64,000 nucleotides of DNA from Camelus ferus. Taxonomy: Eukaryota. Below the pieces are notes generated by a model. That model searched no databases. It was not told the DNA's origin and saw nothing but the letters and a program-made list of their open reading frames with translations. Shown here piece by piece: positions 1 through 13,983 of this stretch (position 1 is the stretch's first letter; the number at the start of each line of letters is the position of its first letter). The translations under genes were made by a program, and so were the position numbers. The stretch covers positions 71,798,001 through 71,862,000 of the forward strand of contig NC_045697.1 in assembly GCF_009834535.1 (NCBI RefSeq), given 5' to 3'.

Positions 1-993
1 AATACTTAGAGTATTATGGTGTCTTTCAGTGTATCAAAAATAATATCAAATCCATAGATATAAAATAAATATTTAAATACTTTTATCTCTAGTGACTTTT
101 ACCCATAGGAACAACCTCTTCCAAATCATTACCTCCCTTCAAATCGAAGGTCTGAGGCTAGAAATTTTATTTGCTATCCTACCATGTCTTCATTAATATA
201 TGATCCACCTTTTCTGACTATTGATCTTTCATGCTTTAAACGCGCTGATCAATAGAATAGACTCTTCTAATTCCGTATTTAAAAGCTAGAGATTATTCCA
301 ACCATAAAAATACCTGTTGGAAATAGGTTTGCAACAGTATAAGCTTTAGGAATCATTCTATTTAATTTGTCAAAAAAACTCATTTTCTGATAGTAATAAT
401 ATAAACTTAGAGGGTCTTTTGTCTCACTTGTCAAATAACACTTACTATCTAACAACTGCAGAGTATAATATTTGTGGGAAATTGCTGGGTCTCTAAGTGG
501 TGTTTTGTTTGCTTCTGGTTCAGATTTCGGAAACCACCTGCTTTTCTGTTTTTAGATAAATGACATATCTAACAACTGTGATGATGACAGGGCTAACCTT
601 TTATTACTTGGGTTGGATTTTTCCCATTTAGTTCTTTTTGACCCTCACTCAAATTATCAAAGGCTCAAAAAAAGAAAAAAAAAGTTTCTCTTACTAATAG
701 TCAACATAAATGTAAACCTGGCTACCTCTTCACTAACTCCAATCTGCCAACTTGAAAACATGCAAATCCATCCATTATTTAGTTTCTGTTTAGTTTTATT
801 CCAAATGAAAGCATGATTCTTAAATTTGGATTTAATTGGAGTATTCAGAACAGCATAATGTTTTACACCTTTGAGATAGTGGTAGTTTGTGTTTCCTGTA
901 GAGAATTTTACCTTTTTTAACTTATGATTTTGAAACTAAAACTGATTTCAAGATTTTATGTATTTACCTTTTTTATAATGTACTCCTTTTACC

Positions 994-2236
994 TTTTTTA
1001 TTGAAGTATAGTCAGTTGCAATGTGTCAATTTCTAGTATACATCATAATGTCCCAGTCATATATATGTATACATATATATACACACATATATATTTGTTT
1101 TCATATTCTTTTTCATTAAAGGTTATTATAAGATATTGAATATAGTTCCCTATGCTATACAGAAGAAATTTATTTTTTAATTTATTTTTATATGTAGTAG
1201 TTAATATCTGCAAATCTCAAACGCCCAAATTTATCCCTTCCCACTCCCTTTTGCCCAGTAACCACAAGATTGTTTACTATGTCTGCAAGTCTGTTCCTGT
1301 TTCGTAGATGAGTTCATAGTGTCCTCTTTTTCTCTTTTTTTTAGATTTCACAAATGAATGATATCATGTGGTATTTTTCTTTCTCTTTCTGTCTTACTTC
1401 ACGGAGAATGGCAATCTCTAAGTCCATCCATGTTGCTACAAATGGCATTATTTTATTCTTCTTTATGGCTGAGTAGTATTCCATTGTATAAATAAACCAC
1501 AACTTCTTTATCCAGTCATCTGTCAGTGGACATTTAGGTTGCTTACATGTCTTGGCTATTGGATATAGTGCTGCTGTGAAAAAAGGGGTGCATGTATCTT
1601 TTTGAATTAGAGTTCCCTCCAGATACATGCCCAGGAGTGGGATTGCTGGATCACATGGCAAGTCTATTTTTAGTCTTTTGAGGAATCTCCATACTGTTTT
1701 CCACAGTGGCTACACCAAACTACATTCCCACCAGCGGTGTAGGAGGGTTCCCTTTTCTCCACACCCTCTCCAGCATTTATCATTTGTGGACTTTTGATTG
1801 ATGGCCATTCTGACTGGTGTGAGGTGACATCTCATTGTAGTTTTGATTTGCATTTCTCTGATAATTAGCAGTATTGAGCATTTTTTCATGTGTTTATTTG
1901 CCATTTGTATGTCTTCCTTGGAGAATTGCCTGTTTAGGTCTTCTGCCCATTTTTGAATTGGGTTGTTTGTTTTTTTGTTAAGTTGTAAGAGCTGTTTATA
2001 TATTCTGGAAATTAAACCTTTGCAAATATTTTCTCCCATTTGCAAATATTTTCTCCCATTCCATAGGTTGCCTTTTGTTCTGCTTATGGTTTCCTTTGCT
2101 GTGCAGAAGCTTGTAAGTTTAATTAGGTCCCATTTGTTTATTTTTGCTTTTATTTCTGTTGCCTGGGTAGACTGCCCTAGGAGAACCTTGCTAAGATTTA
2201 GGCCAGAAAGTGTCTTGCCTATGTTTTCTTCTAGGA
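994..2236 (-). mobile_element. 5'-truncated LINE-1 (ORF2 C-terminus and 3' UTR), relatively young
   Basis: ORFs 1710-2045 and 1341-1661 encode L1 ORF2 C-terminal motifs ([36 protein letters not shown]); T-rich tail at 994. Confidence 0.95.
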
Positions 2237-3009
2237 AAAGCTTTACACTGGTATCTGGTACATGCTTTGGTTCTTGTTACAGAATAGAAAATCAGAGTTA
2301 GGGTAATGAACGCAGCAGTCATAGGCTCAGGGCCCATTAAAGCCAAGTTCTTCAGCTGGTCTTGACTCTTCACCTTCGTGCTTTATATCCCACCCATGGC
2401 CAATTTCTGCTTGCCTACTCTTGGTGTACCCAGGAAGAAGCACCCTTCTGAGTCAGCACTTGTTCTCCCTCACATCATTAGGCTGAAAGAAGGCAAACTA
2501 GTTTTAATACTAGTCTAAACAAGTCTTTGTTGTAATGTCAACATTGTAAAATGAAATAAAAGTCACTTGGGAATTAAACACTGTAGAATCATTTGAGAGA
2601 CCCCTCTCCTCACCAAGCCCGTTGACATCCAGCTCTTAGGGTGCATTGCACATCATAGTCTATGGAAATGGTGCCCCAGGAGAATTTCAGCCTGCAGCTT
2701 ACACAGCCATACCCAGAAGTCGTGCTTAATTTCCATTAGCTTAATTGGTCCAGTATTGATCGATCATCACATCTGTCTTGTGATTCCTCACACTTGAAAA
2801 CAAATAACTTTTTAAAACATTGTAACCTACAGAGACTACTATTTGGAAGTCTTTATTTTTATTCTTTATATTCCAGCTTTAACACAACTGATCTTCATTC
2901 AAGCTTATAACTGAATATAAATTTTGACATAAACATAATTTAGTAATAAGAAAAATAGGGCAACATAAAAATTCATCCTGTAATAAAATAAAGATCTTAA
3001 TGAAGATGA

Positions 3010-3240
3010 TAGAGTTGAGTGGTTTCTATATGCCAAGCTCTGTACTAAGTACTTGTTACATATTTTCTTACATAATTTTCACAATAACCCTGAGAGGGAA
3101 GGTACTTTTATGCTTATTTTTACATGTAGAGAGAACGAGAGAGAAGACTATGCTTAAGCTCATGGAAGTAGTAAACAGAAGAGTAAGATTTGAAGCAAGA
3201 TCTGTGTGACAATACTTCTGGACTCAAACTTTTAACCTGT
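3010..3240 (-). mobile_element. MIR SINE (degraded)
   Basis: tatatgccaagctctgtactaag...cacaataaccctgagagg...tttacatg resembles the reverse-strand MIR core. Confidence 0.65.
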
Positions 3241-4739
3241 ATAACCTACATGCATTTATAGATGGGCTGTTCAACAGCAATATCAATCATCATCATCACC
3301 ATTATCTGGAGATATTTCCAACACACTGTAATGGTAGTACAATAAGCAAATGTTGACTCCACTCTTCTATCAAAATTCACATGTCCTCCCAAAATTCAGC
3401 TGCTTCTTTGTTTGGGTAGCTTGTTCTTTGCCTTCTGCATATGATTTAATCAATCTTGCTTTTTGCTTATGCCATTCTCTTTACCAGGACAGCCACATCT
3501 TCCATCAGTTCATTTATTGTTTATTCATCCATTAGCTCAACAAGCACACATTAGTTGCTAAGGACTAGATTCAAGATTTACCTCTCAAATCCTACGCATT
3601 CGTCACATTATAGCTCTGGTTACTCCAGCCTAGAACGATTTCATTCCCCTTAATTCCTATTGCACTCTTGAGTCAAACCAAACACTTAAGGGACTACAAT
3701 TATTTCATGCTTTGTACTTTTATATTCCTCACTAAATATCCTGGGAATATGTTACATGCTTTGTATTTTTGTATATCCCCTGGAAAATTGCCTAGCTTTC
3801 TGCACATAGAAAACATTTAGTAAATATTGAATGACCAAGGTTAGCAATAATTCTTCATACTTGAAAGTGTTAGGTGGCATGTCTAGACTACCTAGACTGC
3901 ATGTTTTAGTAAAGTCACTAAAAACTCATTCTTCTTCAAGATGCTTTTGTTGAGTTCTGAATACCATTCTGAAGTTGAGGAAGATTAATTAAGAATGATT
4001 CTCTACCTTTGACCTTTGATTTGTGTGGTTAAATCCTCCTGTCACTGACATTTTTCTTCTCTATTCTCTCTTTTACTCCCTTCTTCCTGCTGTCTCTTCT
4101 CCATCTAAATTCATTTCTAAATGGTGGACACAAGCACCTAATGCGCAATTAATCTATTTTACTATTGCTTCATAGCAAACTTGTTTACAATCTTTTCAAT
4201 TTTTAGAAAAGAATATTATAAAGTTTGATTAAATGTAATTTGTAGTTTAATGTTCAATTGCTTGTAGTAAGCACTTTTTTAATATCTTTATAACTTAATT
4301 TGGACTTTGTACTTAGTTATTCTTCAAGTCAATTCTATCAACCTGTTTTTACAGGTAAAAGTCTTGTTGACCAAATTAATAGTTTATTTGGCCATCATAC
4401 AATTAACCACTTCTGTTTTCCTAAGTTGGTAAACTTCTTAACTTCATAAAGATATTGGAAGCTAACCATTTAATAGCCATATACCCAATCCAAATGTATT
4501 TTCAAGTATTACATGAAGCAATATAAAAGATACTCAAGATGTTATTATATCTTGGCTTTAAACTCTCATATCAAATTGCATAGAAAACGTGTTTTTAATC
4601 AGTGTACTCATCTTTAAGTGGCAAGAGTTGTTTGGAAGAGTGTCCTGAAAAAGAGCATTGTAGGCGTTAGTTAGAACCAGATATCATTGAGGAACAAAAA
4701 CTTACATGGTCATATTTGACCCCTCTCCCACAGCCTTGG

Positions 4740-5200
4740 TCATTGAAGCCGTAAAAAAATTTTGTATAGCCCATCTCTTTGATATTTCTTAAATCAGCTC
4801 CATTAAATATTTTCTTTCACTGGTTCTCATTACCTTTTATCTTGATTATTAAAATAGCTCCCTTTCCCTCTTATCCGTTGTTGCCAGAATTATTTTTCTA
4901 AAATACAGGTGGGAACATGCTACCTCCCATTTCTTAGTAAATAATTACATACTCAAAAGCATTTAAAACTTTATAAAATAAAACCTTAACACACCACCAC
5001 ATTTTGTCATTCAGATTTATCCCGCCACTCAATCTAACCAAACCAACTGCGAACCATTCACCAAGTCTTTCTGCTGTTCCAGTCATGCTCACTCATCAGC
5101 CAAGGATTCGCTTCCTCCCTTACTTTACAGATTAAAACCATACTTATCCTGTAAGACTCAGCTTGAATACCACCTATTCTGAAATGTTCTCTTTTCCATC
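4740..5200 (+). mobile_element. L2 LINE fragment (degraded)
   Basis: L2-like phrases such as ttgccagaattatttttctaaaatacag and taagactcagcttgaataccacct. Confidence 0.5.
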
Positions 5201-6512
5201 CACCCAGTGGAAATGTTTTCATGTTTCTTTCTATTTTTATAAAAGTTTGTTTCATTTTGCCTTGTCTGTATTCTTTTTCTTCTGCACTAATGGTAAAATA
5301 TTTGAGGTATGGAATCATAAAATATTCATATTTGTGCATCTCACATGACACAATACAGTGTTTGGGTGTTTCACCGGTATCTTCATAGCCCTTACCTGCA
5401 ATAAAGCTCTCTTTCACTGACATTTTTAATTCATTTTTTGAAAAACCAAATCTTAAGCAGAGTTGTCCTATAACCTTTCCTCACATCATGGTTTCTGAAA
5501 GGAAACTCTGTATACATATTGCCTTCCATTCTTCACTCCCATTTTATTCTTCAATTCAACCCACTATGAATTCACACAATTGCACTGTAATTCCCCTCAC
5601 TGGGATCACCAGTGACCTTGATTTTAAAAATTTACAATCTGTTTTCAGGGCTTTTCTTTTTCACCCTTGATGAAGCATTTAACATTGTGGTGTACTTGAA
5701 ATTCTCTGCCTCAAGCCTTTTAGGCTGCTATGACAAAAACCATAAAATGAATGGCTTGGAAACAACAAACATGGAATATGAGGAAGTAGGTTATGATATT
5801 CATGCTGTTTCTTTCTCCCTTTCTGTGAACTTTCAAATGAATCTATTCCTTGTCCCCTTGGCACCTGTTTTTTTCACTTCACCAGATTGTTTTGTTGGTC
5901 CCAATTAGAAAACTGAATATCTCATTGTGTAGAATGAGATTTGTATCCTTCAACCACCTGGTGAAAGTGTCTTTTCATTGCTTAATTTTTGTAATACGAT
6001 TCTGACTAAAAAAAGTAGAGCACATATCCTCAGGTTACTCTAGCAAAATTTTGCTTCATACTAAGGAAAATGTCCACATACCCCCACCCCAAAATGCAAG
6101 TTTAAGTACACCATGTCTATTTCATTCTTCCTCATTCCTCTCTCAATCAGAATTCCTATTTAATTTTTACATTCAAGATTCCAATTCCCATGGTATAAAA
6201 AGAAAATTTCATGAGAAATTATATGAATCTGCTTCTGGGCCATATTCCTAGGTAGCCTAAGGAGAAACAAATTCTCTTAAAAGATGTTATTAGAGCTAAG
6301 ATATTATACTCCTACAGGATGCCTTTGAAAACAATTTGAGACTCCTATGTTTGCTGTTATTCATAGCTTCAGTATAACATTGTTCATTCTTAAAAGTTAG
6401 TAGGAAAAATCTTTATTATCTCAATTGGAATGTTATTCCAGATTCTGCATCCTAGTGCATTCATTTTGGGTACTAAATTAAAAAATTACAAGGTCAGTTT
6501 GTTATTCTGCAG

Positions 6513-6539
6513 ACACACACACACACATACACACACACA
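6513..6539. repeat. (CA)n microsatellite, interrupted
   Basis: direct reading. Confidence 0.9.
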
Positions 6540-6775
6540 TATATCTTCTTGTTCTCATTCCACGACTGCCATGTGCTTTAAAGCTGGCAAATCATTTATA
6601 CTCAACATTGTAGAAAGTTGGGCAAGAGTTGGGCTAATTACAGTATCTTCAGAATCTTGTTAAAATGTTTGGAAACCAACTGCCATGTGAAGATTGTTTT
6701 TATTCACCCCCTCAAAATCAGAATATTACGATTAATTTGTACAGTGCTAGATGCCAAAGCCATGTGGAGCTTTTT

Positions 6776-6818
6776 TTTTTTTAACATTTTTTATTGATTT
6801 ATAGTCATTTTACAATGT
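6776..6818 (-). mobile_element. Ultra-short L1 3'-end insertion with TSD tggagcttttt
   Basis: T tail plus aacattttttattgatttatagtcattttacaatgt, similar to the L1 terminus at 994-1025; flanking 11-bp direct repeats at 6765-6775 and 6819-6829. Confidence 0.8.
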
Positions 6819-7629
6819 TGGAGCTTTTTATACCTCAGTCAATGAGAAGTCCTTTAATCTTCGATAATGAATGACTGTAATTTTATTAAACATTGTGTGG
6901 TGCAAGGACTATCTGTGGGATGGAATGTTACACTGAGCATGTTCAGCTAAGAGATTTTATTGTTTAAGCTGGATTTTTCATTTAGAGAAGTAGGAATCAA
7001 GGCAAGTGTCAAGATAATTTTTGAACCCAATCTTCTCACCAAAAACCAAATGAATAAAACTTTGTCCTAGTTATCCAATTATTTTTTTAATTATCCATTT
7101 CACCTGTAGAGACTGAGCTTATGATAATAAAACAAATAAAATATTATTTTCTAATCATTTTATTATTTTCCCCTCCCAATAAAAATGTGAAATTTTTGAG
7201 AGTATGGATTGTGTCTCTTTTTAAATTCTAACTTACTTACCTTGATTGCTAACAGAGTAGCAATAGCAGCGCATAGTAGACCAGCATAAGTATGTGATAA
7301 ATTAGTGAAGAAAGTCAGACTCTGGCCCCACAAAAAGAATTAAATATCTTTTTCTCTTTGATTCTTCTCATCTGTATTAGCTTGTAAATTACAGGCGTGT
7401 TTTTAATAACAAAATCACACTGCCACACGTCAATCAGACAGAAAATGTATATTCTAGTTCTTTTCCTGTCACAGCAGAACTTCTAGAGGCACACAGTTCA
7501 GGAGAAATAAGTTAAATAATTATTGGCTCATTATTGAGGAATCTCCATCAAATCCACCTGGTCACTTTTCTTGCTTAAATGTAGATCTGTATTTTGTACG
7601 ACGAAGGATAATCTGACTTATGCAGATCA

Positions 7630-7860
7630 CTTTTATCGAGCACTTACTACGGTAGATATGCTGTGTGTTTTGCTTACGTGCTTCTCATCTAACCCTCCCA
7701 GCAAACTGATGGCATAGACATTACTATCCATATTTTGCGGGGTATAACATTGAAATTTAGAGTGAAGTCTCTTGCCCAGTGTCACACAGCTAATAAGTAA
7801 TAGAACTATGACTTGTTCTTAGGTTGACTTAAGAATCTATTCTCTGTCCACTGTACCACA
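7630..7860 (-). mobile_element. MIR SINE
   Basis: ttatcgagcacttactac...cttgcccagtgtcacacagctaataagt matches reverse-strand MIR. Confidence 0.75.
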
Positions 7861-9786
7861 CGGCAAAGTCTTAAAGTGATTGGATGTCGCAGTGTCACCA
7901 TTCTTGTCTTCTAAGCCATCACTGATTTCACCAGACATTGTTAATATAGCACTAAATCTAACACATTTTTCCAAACTAAACATGATTGTAAGTGTAAAGA
8001 ACTTTAGTAGGACACAATTATTTTTAGTGTAAATATGTCTAAAGATCCTTTCATTCCTGAGAAAACAATTACTTTCCACATAGCCTGGTTGTACCAAATA
8101 TCAGCTTTACATAATAATTATGGAAGTCGTTAAATCAGTCAAATTTAGCTATTTTTTTAAATTTGGAAGCCACTTCCTTTGAGACATTTCTAGGCTTCCA
8201 TGTCTGTACGAATGTCATAAAGCTTAAGTTATAACATAAAATTGAATCTATTACGTTTCAACCTCATTACGCACACACATACACACACACCCCTACACAC
8301 TTGCCTACAGTCTCTTCACTAATTTACACTGATTTTGAGCTCATAGTGTCTAGTCTTATGAAGAGTATACTGGAGATTTTCACGTAATTCCTGAAATCTT
8401 TGAAAACCATTTCTTTTATTCAGGAATAACTTCTTTGATATATGATTTTAAGAGTATTATGGATTTTTTTAATGTATTCTTGATCTACCTTATGAAATAT
8501 AGATGTCAGGCTAATTAAAAACAAAAAATGCCCATATAAACAATGCTTTTAATACCAAAGCATACAGTTATCAATCAACATGTCAGTCTCCCTAGTAAAG
8601 TTACATGATTTTTCACATTAGCATTTGATTGAGTCCACAAAGGGGAAAATATGGTTTAAAGAGAAAATGAGCTTCTGCATCAGCCTCACTGTAAAAATAC
8701 TAAAGAGATTTTTATTTTCAAGATTCCAGTGGAAATCGAAGATTGTGCTGCTTCTCTGGATAAGATCAGTTTAAAAAAAAAAAAAAGAGTAATGCCATTG
8801 GGCTCCCATTGGCCACAGTGGGTGATAAACTGAGTTGATGAAGTCAAGATGCGGCTCAGCTACGCTTGCATACCAAGGCTGTTATAAATTTAATAATGCT
8901 CTAATATGGATGCTTCTCATTTTTAAAGGGACATTCCAAATGCAGAGCAAATGGCTTAATCATTTCAATCAATTTTATTAAGAACAAAAGCATAAATCAT
9001 TTGAATAATCACTTGAAGTTCACGGTAACAAAATGTGTCCTGTTTTAATGCAACCAAGCTCCGTCTCTTTCTCCCATTTCTTCTGTACAAACAGAAGTGT
9101 CACTGATGCTACTTCACTTTCCCTACGAGCTCCAGAACCTTCCACTACGTTAGACCCCATGTCTCCTTCAGAGGTCATAAGCGGAGACTAGCAGTTTCAG
9201 AGATAACAGGTTTCTGTGCTCTCTCAGTTTTTCTCCCTTCTAACTGCAGTGGAACTGATTTCAGAAGGACAAACAAATTCCCTTACTCAGTTTCCTTTTT
9301 CTCTTTAAAGATGGAAAATAAACCTCTTTACGGTTTCACTGTCTTTCACTGTATCACAGTCCTTGATAGAATTAAGAATATCTTTTGAACTGGTGAAAGA
9401 TACAGGCATGTTCAAAGGAAGCAAAGCTTATGGTTTTTAAAAGAAATAGTTGTGTTCCTTTTTATTCAGGAGTTATGTATTGCAAAAATTTCATAACGAT
9501 TGCTTTGAATCTTAAGGTAGTTGCAGAAAGTTCTGTTTTCCAATCTAGTCATAGCTTATTACAAATGTTCTATTGTTTCAGTTACACTTTTAATATTGTG
9601 TCATTGAACAATTTTAGATGGCACAAATATAATAGCTAAGATATGTAATATAATCAAAGTTTGAAAATTAAAACTTTAAAATTTATTCTTATTTCCACAG
9701 GTATTAACTTTCCATTTGGTATATGTAAAAATGCAGATTTATTAAGATTAATACATATCATTGAAAATTATGTTCATTTCTTTCAG

Positions 9787-9865
9787 ATCCAAGAAGTTAG
9801 CAGAAATAAGGAGCAAGAACATGACTATGAAGAGGATGTTACCTCATCTTCCACATGTTCTCCCC
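9787..9865 (+). CDS. BANK1: BANK1 coding exon (~exon 8), IQEVSRNKEQEHDYEEDVTSSSTCSP
   Basis: tttcag acceptor at 9781-9786 and gtaagt donor at 9866; 79 nt, phase 0 to 1; peptide resembles the BANK1 'EQENDYEEDI' segment after the ankyrin repeats. Confidence 0.93.
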
Positions 9866-10399
9866 GTAAGTGTTCATGTACGTTACGTACACATGCAACA
9901 TTTGTATTAAGGTATATGTCACTGGTAAAGTAAAACCGAAGAGAACATGGAAAAGCATGGGGAGCGTGGAAAGATAATTTAACTGAATGACTTTTAGTGT
10001 ATCATCCAGTAGAGATATTACTACATTATCTGGCTAATTTAAATACTTCTAATAAGTTTACTTAGTAATAAAACACCAGGAGTTTTTTTCCTACCCAACG
10101 AGAATACACAAGTCAGGTTGACATAAGAATTCTATTTCACAACTGTATTTTTAAGGTTTCTTTTGTTTGTTTTAAACAAAGTCACATACTTTTCAGACCT
10201 TAGTTTTCTCAGCGAGGCAATGGAAAGTTTGTACGAGGACTTTTTAAGGTCCCCCGCTGGCTGTAGCAGAATGTAATGCTATATTCTAGTGACTGAAGGC
10301 TAATTCCTAGTGTCCCTCCACGTACGTAACTCTGCCCGACTTGCCGGGCCCCTCCAGTGTACAGCAGCTGGATCACCATCTTTGCCAGCAAGGCTGATA

Positions 10400-11130
10400 C
10401 GCACCTCCCACTTCCAAATCTGAAAACCCTTATTCCTGCCTCTCCCAAATCTGCTCTTCTGCCGAGTTCCCCATCTCAGTAAATGAAGACTCCTTCCTTG
10501 CTCAACTCAGTCCAAACCTTGGAGTCATCCTTGGTTTTTTTTACAGCTATCCTATGTCCAATCTGTCAGATGGTACTGTGGACTCTACCCTCACAATACA
10601 GCCAGCATTCAGTCATTCCTCACCCTTTCGTTGTTATTTATCCCAGTCCATGCGGTCACCAGCTCTCCTCCGGGTTATTACAATAACGCAGTGACTCTCA
10701 GTGAAGCTCTGTTTTCTCAACAGATGGTATTTGTCAATGAATGGAGATTTTTGTTGTTGTTGTCATGATTTGAGAAGGGAGTTTTGCTAGAAATACTGCG
10801 TAATATCCTACAATGCACAGGACCTGTGCCATGAAACACACAGTTATCTGGTCCAAAATGCCAATAAGCACTGCTGCTAAGAAACCCTGCAACAGCTTCT
10901 CGTGCATTTGTCCCTAATATTCTGTGCTTCATGAAAGAACTAATCATGCTTCTGCTCCAAATTCTCCAGTACCTTTCCATCGTATTTGCAATCCTTACCA
11001 TCGCCTAGAAGGCCCTACATCATCTTTTTTGGTCCTGTCTCTGACCACTCTCTTGGTTGTTCACGGCCACAGTGACAGCTCACACATCAAGCATGCTCTT
11101 GCCGCAGGTCGTTTGCACTTTTCACAGTGA
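10400..11130 (+). mobile_element. L2 LINE fragment interrupted by MER20
   Basis: cccatctcagtaaatg...aaaccttggagtcatccttg is a typical L2 phrase; L2-like sequence resumes after 10889. Confidence 0.7.
10689..10889 (+). mobile_element. MER20-like hAT-Charlie DNA transposon
   Basis: cagtg start; ttgtcatgat...atcctacaatgcacaggac...ccaaaatg...agaaaccctg end. Confidence 0.8.
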
Positions 11131-13187
11131 CCACCAGTTTTTCAAATGATAGGCTGACCTGCAAATCAAATATAATTAAACACAATGCTAACAGACTTTG
11201 ACAAAATCAGTAAACTCTTCCAACATTATTGCAGAACACAAATAATGCTAATTATTAACATAATAAATTAATGCACTCAGTTTTATTTATGCATTCTATT
11301 ATCATTTTAATGATTTATTATCATTTTTAATGATAATGAGAGTGATGATAAAGGCTATCATTGATAATGACCATATATTCATTATGACATTTAATCTTCA
11401 GAAGTACTACCAATAATAAATAAGAAAGTATTATTTCAGGGTCTTTCAAAGAACAACCTCATTTCTACACACAGTTTGGACCTGGAACTGTCTCATATAT
11501 GAAACTCTCTGGGACTGGACTCAGGCCTCTGATTCTTTCTTTGGATTGGGGGTGAAGCATGGAGCACCTTAAGTCAGCAGATTTCCATTGGTATCACCAT
11601 TTCTATGAAGTTGGCTAAAACCCATCAGACTCTCCAGGACTGTCTTCCAGGTTTGGGAATATTTGATAGAGACCAAGGAGACTCTGCTGCTTAAATGGTG
11701 TTCACATAAAGCACAGGCACTGAATACATAAAAACATAATGGTGGCTACAAGTAATTGCCGATGGCGTGAATGTTACTTTTTAAGTTAATGATCAATTCA
11801 CCGAGACAGAAGTAGTAAGTCCCTTTGCCAGCCTGAGCAATGATTTCTTTTCAGCTACTCTGTCATCCACTCCGTAAACATATCTAGAGACCACTTTATT
11901 TCAGGATCCGTGTTTGGGGTTAGTTAGAGGCAGAAAGATGAATGAGATCTGTGCAGAGATCTGTGCAAGAATGAAAGGCCGTCTGCTCTGCCCAGGCTGG
12001 TAATTAAAGAGTCTTGGTTTGCAGTTAGTAGTAGTAACTGGACCTTTCTTCTTTCTCACATGAAAAAAAGAAAAAAGGAGAGAGAGAAATTAAAAGTAAA
12101 ATTCATGTAGAGATATGCAGAACCATCATGGGCATAATTTTCCCACATGACTAATTTTTCTCCCATTGCTAAAAAATGTCTACAGGGTAACTCTTTACTT
12201 AAAAAAACAATCCTCTCTCCTGTACTCTGACATTTGCCTTCTTTAGCTGTATTTTAGTTTGGCAACCCTTTAATACAACATTTATTTGCTTTTCTATTGT
12301 ACTCATGACAGAAATTCACATACTCCCGCCAATATAGAAATTCCAAAGTTCATTTTAAATTTTGTAAATACTTTGTTTAGAACAGAATTTCTATAAAGAA
12401 AATATCAGCAAAAAAATTTTGAGATTTAAATTACTGCATTATAGTATATTTTTTCTATTTCCTTCCTGAGTGGTTAGAGAGCATTTACTGTGTACAGTGT
12501 AAGCACAAATCATGGAATCATGATTCTTAGAATGGAAGAAATTTGACTGAATCATTTGGTTAAGTTTCAAGATAGAATAGATTTTTTTGATGAGAGAACT
12601 GAGCCTTAAAAATATCTACTTTGGTGATTTGGATGCCTTTTCCATCAAAAATATTAACACTTTTCTGAAGTAATTTGTTCAAGAATTAAGATGTCATCTG
12701 TTGATAAATATATGTTAAAATAATAATGAAATAAGAATCACAGGTTCATTTTATTGCATTATTTACAAGCAAGTTAAGATTTTTGCTCCTTGTTGTTACC
12801 TTTTCCATCACTTACTTCTTACTTATTCGGTTAGTTATTACTGTTTTCTAATAAAAATATGCTAATGTGGTCATATCCTGAATCTGCTCATACGGTAATT
12901 CTAGAGACTCAGAATATTATTATATATGTAGTATTCTGGTATTACATATTATTATATATACGGGTGTGTCATAAACTGAAGTAGCAACATATAAAGGAGC
13001 TTTCATTTGATAAATATTTTAAAAGCTCAAGAACAGCCATTCACCAAAATCACGCATTTGTCAGCTTTCCCCTATATCAGATCGTAAAAGTTTGGTTACC
13101 ATGCCCACCACTTCTGTACAAAATCACAAAATCTGCAGTGCCTCCAGATGTATTTAAATGACATCGCACAATCTTCGTCATCAACAG

Positions 13188-13493
13188 CCATGCAGACCCC
13201 AGCTCTTCACCGTGAAAGCTGGCAGATCTACAGGCCGAGGGCGGAAGGAGCCGAGGTGAATGAAACAGCAGAGGAAGAAAAAGAGAATGAATGGGGCACC
13301 GAGGCCGAGCACAGCCTATCAGAGCCTGACAGTGAGAGTGAGAACCAGTATGATGACTTGTACGTGTTCATTCCTGGAGACAACCCAGAAGATAGTTCAC
13401 AAGAGCCCCCCGTGAGCAGCAGACCACCTCTCCCTCCGCCGCGACCTGCAGCCGCTGCCTTCCAACTGGAAAAACCTCCGTTCCCGTTACAAG
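13188..13493 (+). CDS. BANK1: BANK1 coding exon (~exon 9) with the YDDLYVFIPG tyrosine motif and proline-rich RPPLPPPRP
   Basis: caacag acceptor ending 13187 and g|gtaagt donor; 306 nt, phase 1 to 1; lies within ORF 13148-13528; hallmark BANK1 motifs. Confidence 0.96.
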
Positions 13494-13666
13494 GTAAGTT
13501 TAAGGTTAAAACGACAACAGCACTTTGACAGGCTCACATAGGCAAACGGTGCAGCGGTGAACTTACACAGAGATCAGCCTTCATAGCCTGAGCAACTTTC
13601 CTCCTGGTCTTTTACAACTAGGGCCTGGGAAATCAAGTAAGAGATTCTGCCCACTGACTCCCGTCA

Positions 13667-13983
13667 TTCCTTCCTTTCCTTTCCTTCCTTCCTTCCTTCC
13701 TTCCTTCCTTCCTTCCTTCCTTCTTTATTCTTTTCTGGTTTCGTTCCTTCCTTCAGTTGAGGGGGCGGGATGGGGGTGACTGGTATTGCGTCTTGTCGGG
13801 AGGGAGGGGCGGGAGATGGGCTTCTTCATTCCTTTGCATTTCTTTTACTTCATCCTTCGTCTTTCTTCCTATCTTTTTTTCTTTCTTTCTTTCCTTTCTT
13901 GTCTTTCTTTCTTTCTCCTTTTCTTCCCTCTTTCCTCCTTCCTTTCTCTCTCTTCCTGTATCCTTTTCTTTCTTTTTTCTTCC
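13667..13983. repeat. (TTCC)n microsatellite and long polypyrimidine tract flanking a G-rich island
   Basis: direct reading. Confidence 0.9.

Noticed and set aside
11944..11967. 12-bp tandem duplication gagatctgtgca, and a similar tgcggtgctta pair at 39487-39512
   Set aside because: Ordinary slippage-type micro-duplications with no sign of function.
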